IMG/VR virus record: IMGVR_UViG_3300042691_015660
Direction: 5' to 3' (one strand)
Length of the DNA: 64,000 nucleotides
Source: a virus
Shown: positions 29,088-38,666 of the stretch, in pieces
Layout of the letters: each line of letters begins with the position of its first letter
Numbering within the stretch: position 1 is the stretch's first letter
The notes under the pieces: model-generated
Database searches by the model: none
What the model was told of the DNA's origin: nothing
What the model saw: only the letters and a program-made list of their open reading frames with translations
Position numbers and translations under genes: made by a program

Positions 29088-31142
29088 ATGGATATGAATC
29101 TAAGCTTAATCGCCAACGAATTGTTCGCTAAAATTAGGACACAGTTTCCTAGTATAGAACTAGAGGACGAAAAGTCTGACCCTACAGATGAACCGGCCTT
29201 AGCACGAAAATTTAAATTTGATTTTAAGAAAAAACATTTAGATTTAGGATCAATAGAAATTGATATATCAGAAGACGACGGAATGGTCGTGTTGTTTAGT
29301 AACGATATTGTATCAGATCAGCCCGATCGTGTAAAAAAACTATGGTTTAATTTTGTACGTGAGTTAAGAGAATTTGCTAAACAGAAATTTTTGAATTATC
29401 AAATTAGAGACATTGGCTTAAATCAATTAGACAAAAGAGATGGAGAAACGCAAATGACCGAAAGTAAGTTATGGGGAACCAGCAAAACCAGTTATCAAGA
29501 TTTAGGCGAAACAAAAATTATTATTAAGCACACACAGCCTGTGAATCTTAATTTACCTGCTGGAAGAACTATGCATATTGAAAGTATTTTCATTGAAAAT
29601 GATCAAGGGGAGCGTTTCCGTTATCCATATAAACACCTTAATGGCGCCAGAGCACTTGCCCAGCATGTAGGTCATGGCGGAACTAGTTATGATGATATAG
29701 GTACACATATTATTGGACTCAGTGAAGAAATGAGCAAATTAAAAATGTTCAAATCTTACGTCGAACGAAATTCGATGGTATCAGAGGCTATGAGTGACAT
29801 TAATAGTAAAGTGATGGAAAGAATACAAGAAGTTAAAAAAGAAATCCATAATTTACAAAAAAGTTCATACTACAAAGAATTTGCCGAATCATTTACAGGC
29901 AAGTCGAACGAAGAAATCCCAGAAGAAATTATTAACGACTGGGTAGATCGATTAACCATTAAAACATTTAACGAAGAACTAAAAAATGTATTCCCTTATA
30001 TCTATAAACTCGTAGGAGAAGACAATATACCAATTAAAGTTATTAATCCTGAAGATATTGGTGGAGTAGAGATAACAGATACTACTGAACAAATCCAAGA
30101 CGAAATTGACGAATTAGTAGACTTCGAAGGATATCTCAATCGACTAGTCGGTGAAACAGTAGATATTTTTAGTAATGATGAAGATCAGCAAGCAGAAGCG
30201 GTACAAAAATTGAATGACTTAGTAGGACAAGAATTTCCAGTAGGTCCAGACGGTAGTAATGCTGTAGAAAGTCTTAAAGACATTATTAATGATGATGAGC
30301 TGTTCGATATCTTTAAAGAATTAGCAGATGTAAGTCCTGAAAGTGATGTACGACCTATACTTAAAGATTATATTAAAATTAAAGACGAAGAAAACGATAC
30401 AGATATCTTAAGTAAAGTCAATTTTCCAGAAGGTGGGGAAACACAAGCGGAACCAGCACCAGCAGAAGAACCAGCACCAGAAGCACCAGCACCAGAAGCA
30501 CCAGCACCAGAAGCACCAGCTGCTCCTCCAGCTATGCCGATGACACCAGGTGTAGCTATGCAAGAAAATATTAAGCGTGTAATCGAAAAAGCAAAGAAAG
30601 CAGGAATGACAGCCGAAGATACTTTTACTCTATTTGGCGAAGAAGTCACATTAGGTGATGCTATTCAACGTGTTGGACTAGATTTAAATGAATTCTTCGG
30701 AGACGGTTATAAAGACAGCGGAGACGAAGTAGTTGAGTTCGTTAAGAGTATGTTTGACGAAGAAGGGAATTCGCCAAAAGGTCCAACTGGTGTATTAATT
30801 AGCGTCGAAAAGAAATTCGGCGAAGAAGCACTAGATAAAGCCAAGAGTGTAATGAATGAGCTAATGACACAGGCAGAAATGAAACGTATTCAAGAACTAG
30901 CAGGCCAAGTTCCAGATCAATCTTCTAACAAAAATGATTATATGGATCGAACACCATTAAAAGCAAATTCTAAAGCTAACGGTAATTATATGGATAATAA
31001 ACCTGCCCAATCAGGCAGCAAAGCAGGAATAGTACCAGCAGGACAATCAGCTCAACCATCGGGACAATCAAAAATAGTTAATACTAAGGACGATTTCGAA
31101 GAAGGAATTGATGCAATGTTGAGAATTGCTGGTTTACGATAA
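29088..31142 (+). CDS. Large acidic hypothetical protein with a Pro/Ala/Glu linker, likely virion or head associated
   Basis: 684 aa; (APEAP)n linker; R..ELAG and LRIAGL motifs; TAAATA-N5-ATG start. Confidence 0.6.
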   Translation: MDMNLSLIANELFAKIRTQFPSIELEDEKSDPTDEPALARKFKFDFKKKHLDLGSIEIDISEDDGMVVLFSNDIVSDQPDRVKKLWFNFVRELREFAKQKFLNYQIRDIGLNQLDKRDGETQMTESKLWGTSKTSYQDLGETKIIIKHTQPVNLNLPAGRTMHIESIFIENDQGERFRYPYKHLNGARALAQHVGHGGTSYDDIGTHIIGLSEEMSKLKMFKSYVERNSMVSEAMSDINSKVMERIQEVKKEIHNLQKSSYYKEFAESFTGKSNEEIPEEIINDWVDRLTIKTFNEELKNVFPYIYKLVGEDNIPIKVINPEDIGGVEITDTTEQIQDEIDELVDFEGYLNRLVGETVDIFSNDEDQQAEAVQKLNDLVGQEFPVGPDGSNAVESLKDIINDDELFDIFKELADVSPESDVRPILKDYIKIKDEENDTDILSKVNFPEGGETQAEPAPAEEPAPEAPAPEAPAPEAPAAPPAMPMTPGVAMQENIKRVIEKAKKAGMTAEDTFTLFGEEVTLGDAIQRVGLDLNEFFGDGYKDSGDEVVEFVKSMFDEEGNSPKGPTGVLISVEKKFGEEALDKAKSVMNELMTQAEMKRIQELAGQVPDQSSNKNDYMDRTPLKANSKANGNYMDNKPAQSGSKAGIVPAGQSAQPSGQSKIVNTKDDFEEGIDAMLRIAGLR
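30471..30520 (+). repeat. 15-bp tandem repeat ccagcaccagaagca x3.3
   Basis: Exact copies at 30471, 30486 and 30501; encodes PAPEA. Confidence 0.9.
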
Positions 31143-31191
31143 ATGGCAAAATAAGTCAAAAAAATCTGTTATTTCTCTTGTAAGACTAAAT

Positions 31192-31223
31192 AAAAACGCA
31201 TACAATACAACGTATGCGTTTTT
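31192..31223 (+). terminator. 12-bp perfect inverted repeat with T tail upstream of gp32 (terminator or leader structure)
   Basis: AAAAACGCATAC-N8-GTATGCGTTTTT. Confidence 0.6.
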
Positions 31224-31283
31224 TGTTTTAGTGGGTACTAGAACAAACTAAAGGCAAATATAGGCTAACAATAGGAGATAACC

Positions 31284-32243
31284 ATGGCAACTTTAGCTGA
31301 AATTAGAGCAAAATTAAAAGAGCAAGAAACCCGCAGCAGCGGCGAATCAAAAGGCGGAGATAATTCAATCTATCCGTTCTGGAACTTAAAAGAAGGTTCC
31401 GAATCTACAGTACGTTTCCTTCCAGACGGCAATAAAGATAATACTTTTTTCTGGGTAGAACGTTCCATGATCAAACTTCCTTTCGCAGGAATTAAAGGTC
31501 AAACAGAAAGTAAACAAGTCACAGTCAATGTTCCATGTATGGAAATGTATGGCGAAACTTGCCCCATCCTTAGTGAAGTCCGTGGCTGGTTTAAAGATCC
31601 TAGTCTCGAAGCACAAGGTCGTAAATATTGGAAAAAACGTAGTTATATCTTCCAAGGCTTTGTTGTCGAAGATGGTCTGAAAGAAGACGGTAAGCCAGAG
31701 AATCCAATTCGTCGATTCATAATTGGCCCACAAATTTTTCAACTGATTCGTTCAGCTCTGTTAGATCCAGAGATGGATGATTTGCCAACTGACGCTGTTA
31801 ACGGTGTCGACTTTAAACTAATCAAAACTAGTAAAGGCGGTTATGCTGACTATAGCACATCTAAGTGGAGTCGTCGTAGTCGTCCATTAGATGATAAAGA
31901 AGCAGCAGCATTAGAAGCACATGGCTTATTCGCATTGAAAGATTACTTGCCAAAGAAACCCACTGATGTAGAAATTAAAGTAATCAAAGAAATGTTTGAG
32001 GCTAGTGTCGACGGTGAGCCATTTGATATGGATCGTTGGGGGCAGTATTTTAAACCAGCAGGTACAAGTCAAGTAACCGGTGATCCTAATACTGCTAAGA
32101 CAGTGTCTAAAGCATCTGACGATGAAGTATATGACGACGAACCGGCTACTACACAATCTACAAGCAAACAAGAATCTTCAACATCTACATCTAGTAGTAA
32201 GGCAGAAGATATTCTTGCTATGATTCGTAACCGTCAAAAATAA
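31284..32243 (+). CDS. gp32: Single-stranded DNA binding protein, T4 gp32-like
   Basis: VRFLP, C.....CP, YWKKRSY, G.DF.L.K...GYADY..SKW, acidic/Ser tail; AGGAG SD. Confidence 0.9.
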   Translation: MATLAEIRAKLKEQETRSSGESKGGDNSIYPFWNLKEGSESTVRFLPDGNKDNTFFWVERSMIKLPFAGIKGQTESKQVTVNVPCMEMYGETCPILSEVRGWFKDPSLEAQGRKYWKKRSYIFQGFVVEDGLKEDGKPENPIRRFIIGPQIFQLIRSALLDPEMDDLPTDAVNGVDFKLIKTSKGGYADYSTSKWSRRSRPLDDKEAAALEAHGLFALKDYLPKKPTDVEIKVIKEMFEASVDGEPFDMDRWGQYFKPAGTSQVTGDPNTAKTVSKASDDEVYDDEPATTQSTSKQESSTSTSSSKAEDILAMIRNRQK

Positions 32244-32281
32244 TTAAGTATAAGTAGAGTGTCTCACTTTACTTTATAATT

Positions 32282-33040
32282 ATGGATTGGAAACGAATCG
32301 AAGAGGCGCAATGGAAATTGCGCCAACATCCCTTAACAGCTAGACAAAGTATTGGTTGCCTTGAAGATTTAAAGGTCTTCATGGAAAACCATGTCTATGC
32401 TGTTTGGGATTTCATGTGTTTAACAAAACAACTTCAAAAGCATCTGGCTCCTAGTGGTAGTCCATGGATTCCGAAGTATTCGGGCGAGTCTCGAAGATGG
32501 ATAAATGAAATCGTATTAGGAGAGGAAAGCGATATTGCGTTTGACGGTAACGGTTATCTAAGTCATTTTGAATCATACATAGCAGCAATGGATGAAATAA
32601 AAATAGACACATCATGGATAAAAAACTGGCCTACTTTAGTTGATACTATCGGCTGGGATAACGCATTAAAGCATCCTCGTGTACCGAAACCAGCACAGTA
32701 TTTTATGACACAAACAAAAAGTTTTATAGACAGTGATAAACCATGGATTGTATGTGCTGCTCTTGCGCTAGGTAGAGAAGATTTACTACCAGAGCAATTT
32801 AATTCTGTATTAATTCAATTAAATGGTGCTGAAATTCCGTCGACTATTTTTAAATGGTATCTTGCCAGACATGTGGAAATTGATAGTAATGAACATGGAC
32901 CCGCTTCTAGAAAATTATTAGATGAGTTATGTGAAAAAAACCCTATCCGAGAACAAGAAGCAACGGAAGCAGCGTTATTAGCTATTAAGGCAAGAGAAAA
33001 ATACTGGGATTTAATTATTCAATTAAATTATACTACATAA
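32282..33040 (+). CDS. DUF3050 heme-oxygenase-like diiron oxidase (HDO superfamily)
   Basis: FMENHVYAVWDFM, INEIVLGEESD, SHFESY, GREDL and YLARHVEID..EHGP ligand motifs. Confidence 0.85.
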   Translation: MDWKRIEEAQWKLRQHPLTARQSIGCLEDLKVFMENHVYAVWDFMCLTKQLQKHLAPSGSPWIPKYSGESRRWINEIVLGEESDIAFDGNGYLSHFESYIAAMDEIKIDTSWIKNWPTLVDTIGWDNALKHPRVPKPAQYFMTQTKSFIDSDKPWIVCAALALGREDLLPEQFNSVLIQLNGAEIPSTIFKWYLARHVEIDSNEHGPASRKLLDELCEKNPIREQEATEAALLAIKAREKYWDLIIQLNYTT

Positions 33041-34461
33041 TGGCAAATGTAATTCTTTATAGTCAAATAGGCCACAGACCAATGATTTGGAGGCCTATTG
33101 CGTGTTATACATTAGCTAGGTGGATAGAAGAACACGGGTATACTTGTCAAGTTATAGAATTTACTCATCTTTTTAGCCCAAGAGAACTTATCGAATATAC
33201 TGAAATGTTTATAGATAAAGACACCTTACTCGTAGGTGTTAGTAGTACTATGTGGACTAATTATGATGCTAATTTATTAATGAGACACGCTGCTATCAAT
33301 GTTCCAGAAAATATAGATGTGGCTATTAAAGAAATTAAATCAAAGTATCCTAAAATTAAAACTGCTATTGGCGGAGCTGGACAATATGTAAAAGGAACAA
33401 AGATTTTTGATTATCATGTGGTAGATCATTTTGGAGAAAACAGTTTATTAAAAATTTTAGACGAACTAACTAAAAAAAGTATATCGACAAAATTACAACG
33501 TAAAAATTTCTCAATTGAACATCAAAGATTTGTTTATAAAGACCATGATTGTGTATTACCAGGAGAATGTTTACCTATAGAGTGGGGCAGAGGTTGTATT
33601 TTTCAATGTCCTTTTTGTAGAGATCCTAATTTAGGAAAACGTCCAGGAACAGACGAAAAAGATATTAGTTTAATGATAGATGAGTTCACTGAGATGTATG
33701 AAAAGTTTGGTACAACGTCTTACTATTTTTTAGATGAAACATTTAATGCTAATACAGACAGGTTAGAAAATTTGTTAAAAGTTTATGATAAACTACCTTT
33801 TAAATTAGAATTTCTTAGTTATAATAGAGCAGACTTACTAGATAAAAATCCTCACACTCAAGAAATTTTACATAATTGCGGGCAACGAGGAGCATTATTT
33901 GGAATAGAAACATTTCATACCGAAGCAGCAAAAGCTATCGCTAAACCATGGAGTGCTAAAAGAGGAAAAGACTTTCTTATCGAGATACAAGAAAAATGGA
34001 AAAACACTCACATCGATTGCCACTTTATAGCAGGATTACCTGGAGAGTCTGAAGAACATTTATTTTCTACAGCAGAGTGGCTTAAACAATCAAATTTAGG
34101 ATTTTTTTGGTTCATACCTTTATTATTAAATCATAATGAAAGGTATGGAGTTTGGGAAAAAAATTCTTTAAAAGAAGGAGTTACTTGGCCTGATCCTAAT
34201 TACAATTTACATTGGGAAAGAGGTGATTGGTCCTGGATTAAAGCGTATAATGTGTCAGCGAAACTTAATAGATATGTAGATGCGCAGTCTCGAATGGCTA
34301 TGTGGAGTTTAGGCCCAATTAAGACATTAGGATTAGATTTTGATAATATAGTAAACAAATCGTTTAATGAAATTTTTGATCAAGCAGGAGATTTATATGA
34401 TCATGAGGAAAGACTTTTCGATCACTACAAAGAACTATTAAAGTCACAGGCAGGTAGATAA
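33040..34461 (+). CDS. Radical SAM enzyme with N-terminal B12-binding-like domain
   Basis: GRGCIFQCPFC (CxxxCxxC), FLDETFN, GIETF, FIAGLPGE; N-terminal P.....LA......G....VI.F; TAATG coupling to the HDO gene. Confidence 0.88.
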   Translation: MANVILYSQIGHRPMIWRPIACYTLARWIEEHGYTCQVIEFTHLFSPRELIEYTEMFIDKDTLLVGVSSTMWTNYDANLLMRHAAINVPENIDVAIKEIKSKYPKIKTAIGGAGQYVKGTKIFDYHVVDHFGENSLLKILDELTKKSISTKLQRKNFSIEHQRFVYKDHDCVLPGECLPIEWGRGCIFQCPFCRDPNLGKRPGTDEKDISLMIDEFTEMYEKFGTTSYYFLDETFNANTDRLENLLKVYDKLPFKLEFLSYNRADLLDKNPHTQEILHNCGQRGALFGIETFHTEAAKAIAKPWSAKRGKDFLIEIQEKWKNTHIDCHFIAGLPGESEEHLFSTAEWLKQSNLGFFWFIPLLLNHNERYGVWEKNSLKEGVTWPDPNYNLHWERGDWSWIKAYNVSAKLNRYVDAQSRMAMWSLGPIKTLGLDFDNIVNKSFNEIFDQAGDLYDHEERLFDHYKELLKSQAGR

Positions 34462-34470
34462 TCAATTACT

Positions 34471-34499
34471 TTGACAGGCAACAATTATTAATTTAATAT
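34471..34499 (+). promoter_or_regulatory. Sigma70-like promoter TTGACA-N17-TAATAT
   Basis: Perfect -35 upstream of uvsX; AAGGA SD follows. Confidence 0.55.
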
Positions 34500-34518
34500 T
34501 ATATAAAGGAAAAAAAAT

Positions 34519-35568
34519 ATGGCAAAAGCATTCGACTTAACAAAATTTCGCAAAACACTCACAAAGAGTATTGATGGTCTCGGTGTAGGGTTCAATGATC
34601 CTACAGATTGGATTAGCACAGGAAATTATGCTCTAAACTATCTAATTAGTGGCGATTTTAATAAAGGAATCCCATTAGGTAAAGTAACTGTGTTTGCTGG
34701 TGAATCAGGAGCAGGCAAAAGCTATATCTGTTCTGGTAACATTGTAAGACACGCACAAGAGCAAGGTATCTATGTTATTCTAGTTGATAGCGAAAATGCT
34801 CTTGATGAAAAATGGCTTCATGCTCTAGGAGTTGATACGAACGAGGATAAACTCTTAAAACTGAACATGGCAATGATTGATGATGTTGCTAAGACAATTA
34901 ATGAGTTCATGAAAGAATATAAGACTATGGAAGATCGTCCAAAAGTTTTATTTGTTATTGATAGTTTAGGAATGTTACTTACGCCTACAGATGTTAATCA
35001 ATTTGAAGCAGGAGACTTAAAAGGTGATATGGGTAGAAAGCCAAAGGCACTTACGGCGTTGGTTCGTAACTGTGTTAATATGTTTGGTAGTGCTAATGTC
35101 GGTCTTATCGCTACAAATCACACGTATGCTAGTCAAGATATGTTCGACCCTGATGATAAAATTTCAGGTGGACAAGGATTCATTTACGCAAGTTCTATCG
35201 TGGTTGCCATGAAAAAACTTAAACTTAAAGAAGATGAAGACGGCAATAAGATTTCAGAAGTTCGTGGTATTCGTGCTGCTTGTAAGGTAATGAAAACACG
35301 TTATGCTAAACCTTTTGAAAGTGTACAAGTTAAGATTCCTTATGAAACAGGTATGAATCCTTATAGTGGGCTAGTAGACTTATCTGAAGCAAAAGGCTTA
35401 CTTAAAAAGGATGGAAATAGACTCTCATTCACTACAAATGATGGAGAAATTATTAAATATTATCGCAAAGAATGGGAACGTAACGACGAAGGATGTTTAG
35501 ATAAAGTTATGGCAGACTTTGCTAATTATAAACCAACTGGAATCGAGGAGCTAGTAGAAGATGAATGA
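34519..35568 (+). CDS. uvsX: RecA-like recombinase UvsX
   Basis: GESGAGKS Walker A, DSENA, VIDSLG, DMG, NHTY, SGG. Confidence 0.95.
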   Translation: MAKAFDLTKFRKTLTKSIDGLGVGFNDPTDWISTGNYALNYLISGDFNKGIPLGKVTVFAGESGAGKSYICSGNIVRHAQEQGIYVILVDSENALDEKWLHALGVDTNEDKLLKLNMAMIDDVAKTINEFMKEYKTMEDRPKVLFVIDSLGMLLTPTDVNQFEAGDLKGDMGRKPKALTALVRNCVNMFGSANVGLIATNHTYASQDMFDPDDKISGGQGFIYASSIVVAMKKLKLKEDEDGNKISEVRGIRAACKVMKTRYAKPFESVQVKIPYETGMNPYSGLVDLSEAKGLLKKDGNRLSFTTNDGEIIKYYRKEWERNDEGCLDKVMADFANYKPTGIEELVEDE

Positions 35569-35806
35569 AAATCAGATTGCCGACATCTGGATGTTATTCA
35601 AAGAATATTTAGATAAAAAGACAATGGATCTAGCAGCAGAAAGATATATTGATTTATTAGCAGATCATGGTGTGAGCGATAAGGTAATACAGAACGCCAG
35701 CGGGTTCGACGACTCATTAGATGACGCCATTTCATACTATATGGACGAAGAGCCTGATGAAGATGAATATGACGAAGATAATTGGGATTATGACGACGAA
35801 GATTAA
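35561..35806 (+). CDS. Small acidic hypothetical protein
   Basis: GAGGAG SD; D/E-rich tail; between uvsX and uvsY. Confidence 0.7.
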   Translation: MNENQIADIWMLFKEYLDKKTMDLAAERYIDLLADHGVSDKVIQNASGFDDSLDDAISYYMDEEPDEDEYDEDNWDYDDED

Positions 35807-35808
35807 AC

Positions 35809-36261
35809 ATGTGGTATTCTAAAGTAAGTAAAGATATATCGTATATTCCTGACGCTGTAGCGTATTTTGAAGTCGAATTATTGGCAGCAAAAAATGATAG
35901 CCGCATAGCGGGAAATATAGAAAAGGCAGCTGCCAATATGCCTGGAATTGTGGAACAACGATATAGTCAACTTCAAGAAATTGAAGCTATATTAGAATAT
36001 CTTAATATAGAATTGCGCCGTTTGAAAAGTCAGCATTTCCGTAAATATCTTGAGAATTATCAAAGAGCGTTGAGCTCGCGGGATTGCGAGAAGTATGTTG
36101 ATGGTGAAGCAGACGTAGTTGATTTTGAAAAGATTATCAACGAGTTTGCTTTACTACGTAACAAATGGCTAGGTATAACGAAATCACTAGATATTAAACA
36201 GTGGCAATTAAGTAATATTATCAAATTACGTGTAGCCGGAATGGAAGACGCATCTTTATAA
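35809..36261 (+). CDS. uvsY: Recombination mediator UvsY-like
   Basis: Helical; YVDGEAD and K.LD.KQWQLSNIIKLR.AG C-terminus; synteny with uvsX. Confidence 0.78.
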   Translation: MWYSKVSKDISYIPDAVAYFEVELLAAKNDSRIAGNIEKAAANMPGIVEQRYSQLQEIEAILEYLNIELRRLKSQHFRKYLENYQRALSSRDCEKYVDGEADVVDFEKIINEFALLRNKWLGITKSLDIKQWQLSNIIKLRVAGMEDASL

Positions 36262-36279
36262 ACCAATATAAATATCAGC

Positions 36280-37044
36280 ATGAAAAAAATAGTGCTGATA
36301 ACTGGTGGGTTTGACCCTGTCCATTCTGGACACATTTCTTATATTCAATCTGCGAAAAAATTAGGAGATCTACTTATAGTAGGTGTAAACTCCGACGAAT
36401 GGTTAACTCGTAAAAAGAAACGGCATTTTATGCCTTTAATAGAACGTGCTAATATTATTCGTAATATAAAAGGAGTTGATTTCGTAATCGACTTTAATGA
36501 TAACGATGATACAGCCAAACATGCTATATGGATGGTGCGACAAAGTTATCCTACAGATCAAATTATTTTTGCCAACGGCGGTGACAGAACAAAAACAAAT
36601 ATTCCAGAAATGGACTTTCTGGATAAAAAATTGGAATTTGTTTTTGGAGTAGGAGGTGAAGATAAAAAGAATTCAAGTTCTTGGATTTTAGAGGAATGGA
36701 AAAGTCCTAAAACAGAACGTCCTTGGGGATATTATCGTATACTTCACGAAAACGGTAAAGAAGTTAAAGTTAAAGAATTAACTGTAAATCCAGGTCAATG
36801 TTTAAGTATGCAAAAACATGAACATCGAGCAGAGCATTGGTTTATAGTAGAAGGAACTGCCGAAGTTTATACTATTAATAGAAGTTCAGATCATGAATTA
36901 CTAGGTATATTTCATAAACATCAAAGTTTACACATTAAAAAAACAGAATGGCATCAGTTATGTAATCCTATTGACACACCTTTGAAAATAGTAGAAATTC
37001 AATACGGTAACGATTGTAAAGAAGAGGACATAGAAAGAAAATGA
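36280..37044 (+). CDS. Cytidylyltransferase (TagD/RfaE-II-like) fused to a type II mannose-6-phosphate isomerase-like cupin
   Basis: GGFDPVHSGH, GVNSD, FANGGDR; C-terminal ERPWG, LSMQKH.HRAEHW, EIQYG. Confidence 0.88.
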   Translation: MKKIVLITGGFDPVHSGHISYIQSAKKLGDLLIVGVNSDEWLTRKKKRHFMPLIERANIIRNIKGVDFVIDFNDNDDTAKHAIWMVRQSYPTDQIIFANGGDRTKTNIPEMDFLDKKLEFVFGVGGEDKKNSSSWILEEWKSPKTERPWGYYRILHENGKEVKVKELTVNPGQCLSMQKHEHRAEHWFIVEGTAEVYTINRSSDHELLGIFHKHQSLHIKKTEWHQLCNPIDTPLKIVEIQYGNDCKEEDIERK

Positions 37045-38666
37045 AAGTATACGTAGGTTGGGATAGTAGAGAAGATATTGCTTATCAAGTATGTAGGAAT
37101 TCGATTCTAAGAAGAAACGAAAACGTAGAAGTAATTCCTTTAAAACAAGATGAATTGAGAAAATCGGAAATCTATACAAGAGAAGTAGATCCTTTAAGCT
37201 CAACCGAATTTACTTTCACAAGATTTTTAGTGCCGCATTTGATGAATTACCAAGGATGGGCAGTATTTGTAGACTGTGATTTTGTTTTCATAGAAGATAT
37301 TCAAAAACTTTTTAATATGACTCACAACCAAGATTATGCAGTTATGGTAGTTCAACATGAATATAATCCTACAAACACTGTTAAAATGGATGGAAAAACG
37401 CAACATGTTTATCCAAGAAAAAATTGGAGTAGTATGATTTTGTTTAATTGCGATCATCCTTCTAATAAAATACTAACTCCTGACGTAGTTAATAAAGCTT
37501 CCGGAGCATATCTTCATAGATTTCAGTGGTTAAAAGATGAAGAAATAGGAGCACTCAGCCAAGAATGGAATTGGTTAGTAGGGTGGTATAAAGAACCCGA
37601 TCATGGTAAACCTAAAGCTATTCATTATACAGAAGGCGGCCCGTGGTTTCCTAATTACATGCACTGCGAGTATGGTGCTGTATGGATGGAGGAAAAACAC
37701 AAATACGTGGAATCGATTAAAAATCCTCCACCTCCACCTAGTCCTTATGAATTAGTTCCAACAGAGATTAAAGAAGTATTTGATAGTATTTTAAAATATA
37801 GAGTAGACTCTTCAGGCGACTATTATAAAACAACTCAAGACACATTGATAGAAAAAATTAAAAGTATTGAAACTTCTAATGTTTTTTCTACAGATTCAGA
37901 ATATAGATATGAAAGAAAAGGTATGGACTACGACCCAATTTTACAGAATTTTATTTTAGGCGCTGGCGGACAGATTAGTACCTGGGATAAAATCGAAAAC
38001 ATAAAAGCTCCTGTTGTTCTAAGGGGTATCACTAAAAGAAAACAAATGGCTGCTTGTCGAGAACAAGGTAGAGATTTTTATTATATCGACACAGGATATT
38101 TTGGAAATGCACGTAAAAAATTGTATCATAGGATAACTAGAAATTCTATGCAAAACATCGGCCCAGTGATAGACAGACCAGCAGATCGATATGATGCGAC
38201 GGGAATTAGTTTAACTAAATTTAGACCAGGAAGTAAAATTTTAATTTGCCCTCCAAGTGCTAAAGTTATGGTGTATTATAATTTAGACTTAGAAGAATGG
38301 ATGAAAGAAACTGTTGATACTATTAAAAAATACACAGATAGAGAAATTGTAATTAGACTTAAAAAGCCTAGATCAGAGCGTGTACACAACGACACAATGG
38401 CTATGGCACTTACCCAAGATATACATTGTATGGTTACATTTAACAGTATTGCCGCTACAGAAGCCTTATTACTAGGTAAACCTGCTTTCACTTTAGGACC
38501 AAATGCTGCCCAAAGTTTATGCTTATCCGACTTGAGTCAAATAGAGAAACCATATATTCCTACATTAGATGAAGTTCATCGATGGGCGTGTCATTTAGCC
38601 TATTCTCAGTTTACCGAAAACGAAATGAGAACAGGTGTAGCATGGAGAATAGTCAGTGAAACATGA
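37041..38666 (+). CDS. GT-A glycosyltransferase fused to a KpsS/Capsule_synth-like domain
   Basis: STEFTFTRFLVP, DCD, YPRKNWSS, HYTEGGPW; C-terminal YYIDTGYF...NSIAATEALLLGKP. Confidence 0.8.
   Translation: MKVYVGWDSREDIAYQVCRNSILRRNENVEVIPLKQDELRKSEIYTREVDPLSSTEFTFTRFLVPHLMNYQGWAVFVDCDFVFIEDIQKLFNMTHNQDYAVMVVQHEYNPTNTVKMDGKTQHVYPRKNWSSMILFNCDHPSNKILTPDVVNKASGAYLHRFQWLKDEEIGALSQEWNWLVGWYKEPDHGKPKAIHYTEGGPWFPNYMHCEYGAVWMEEKHKYVESIKNPPPPPSPYELVPTEIKEVFDSILKYRVDSSGDYYKTTQDTLIEKIKSIETSNVFSTDSEYRYERKGMDYDPILQNFILGAGGQISTWDKIENIKAPVVLRGITKRKQMAACREQGRDFYYIDTGYFGNARKKLYHRITRNSMQNIGPVIDRPADRYDATGISLTKFRPGSKILICPPSAKVMVYYNLDLEEWMKETVDTIKKYTDREIVIRLKKPRSERVHNDTMAMALTQDIHCMVTFNSIAATEALLLGKPAFTLGPNAAQSLCLSDLSQIEKPYIPTLDEVHRWACHLAYSQFTENEMRTGVAWRIVSET

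Noticed and set aside
30471-30520. Tandem repeat as a phase-variation switch
   Set aside because: The 15-bp unit preserves frame; it is simply a variable-length PAPEA linker
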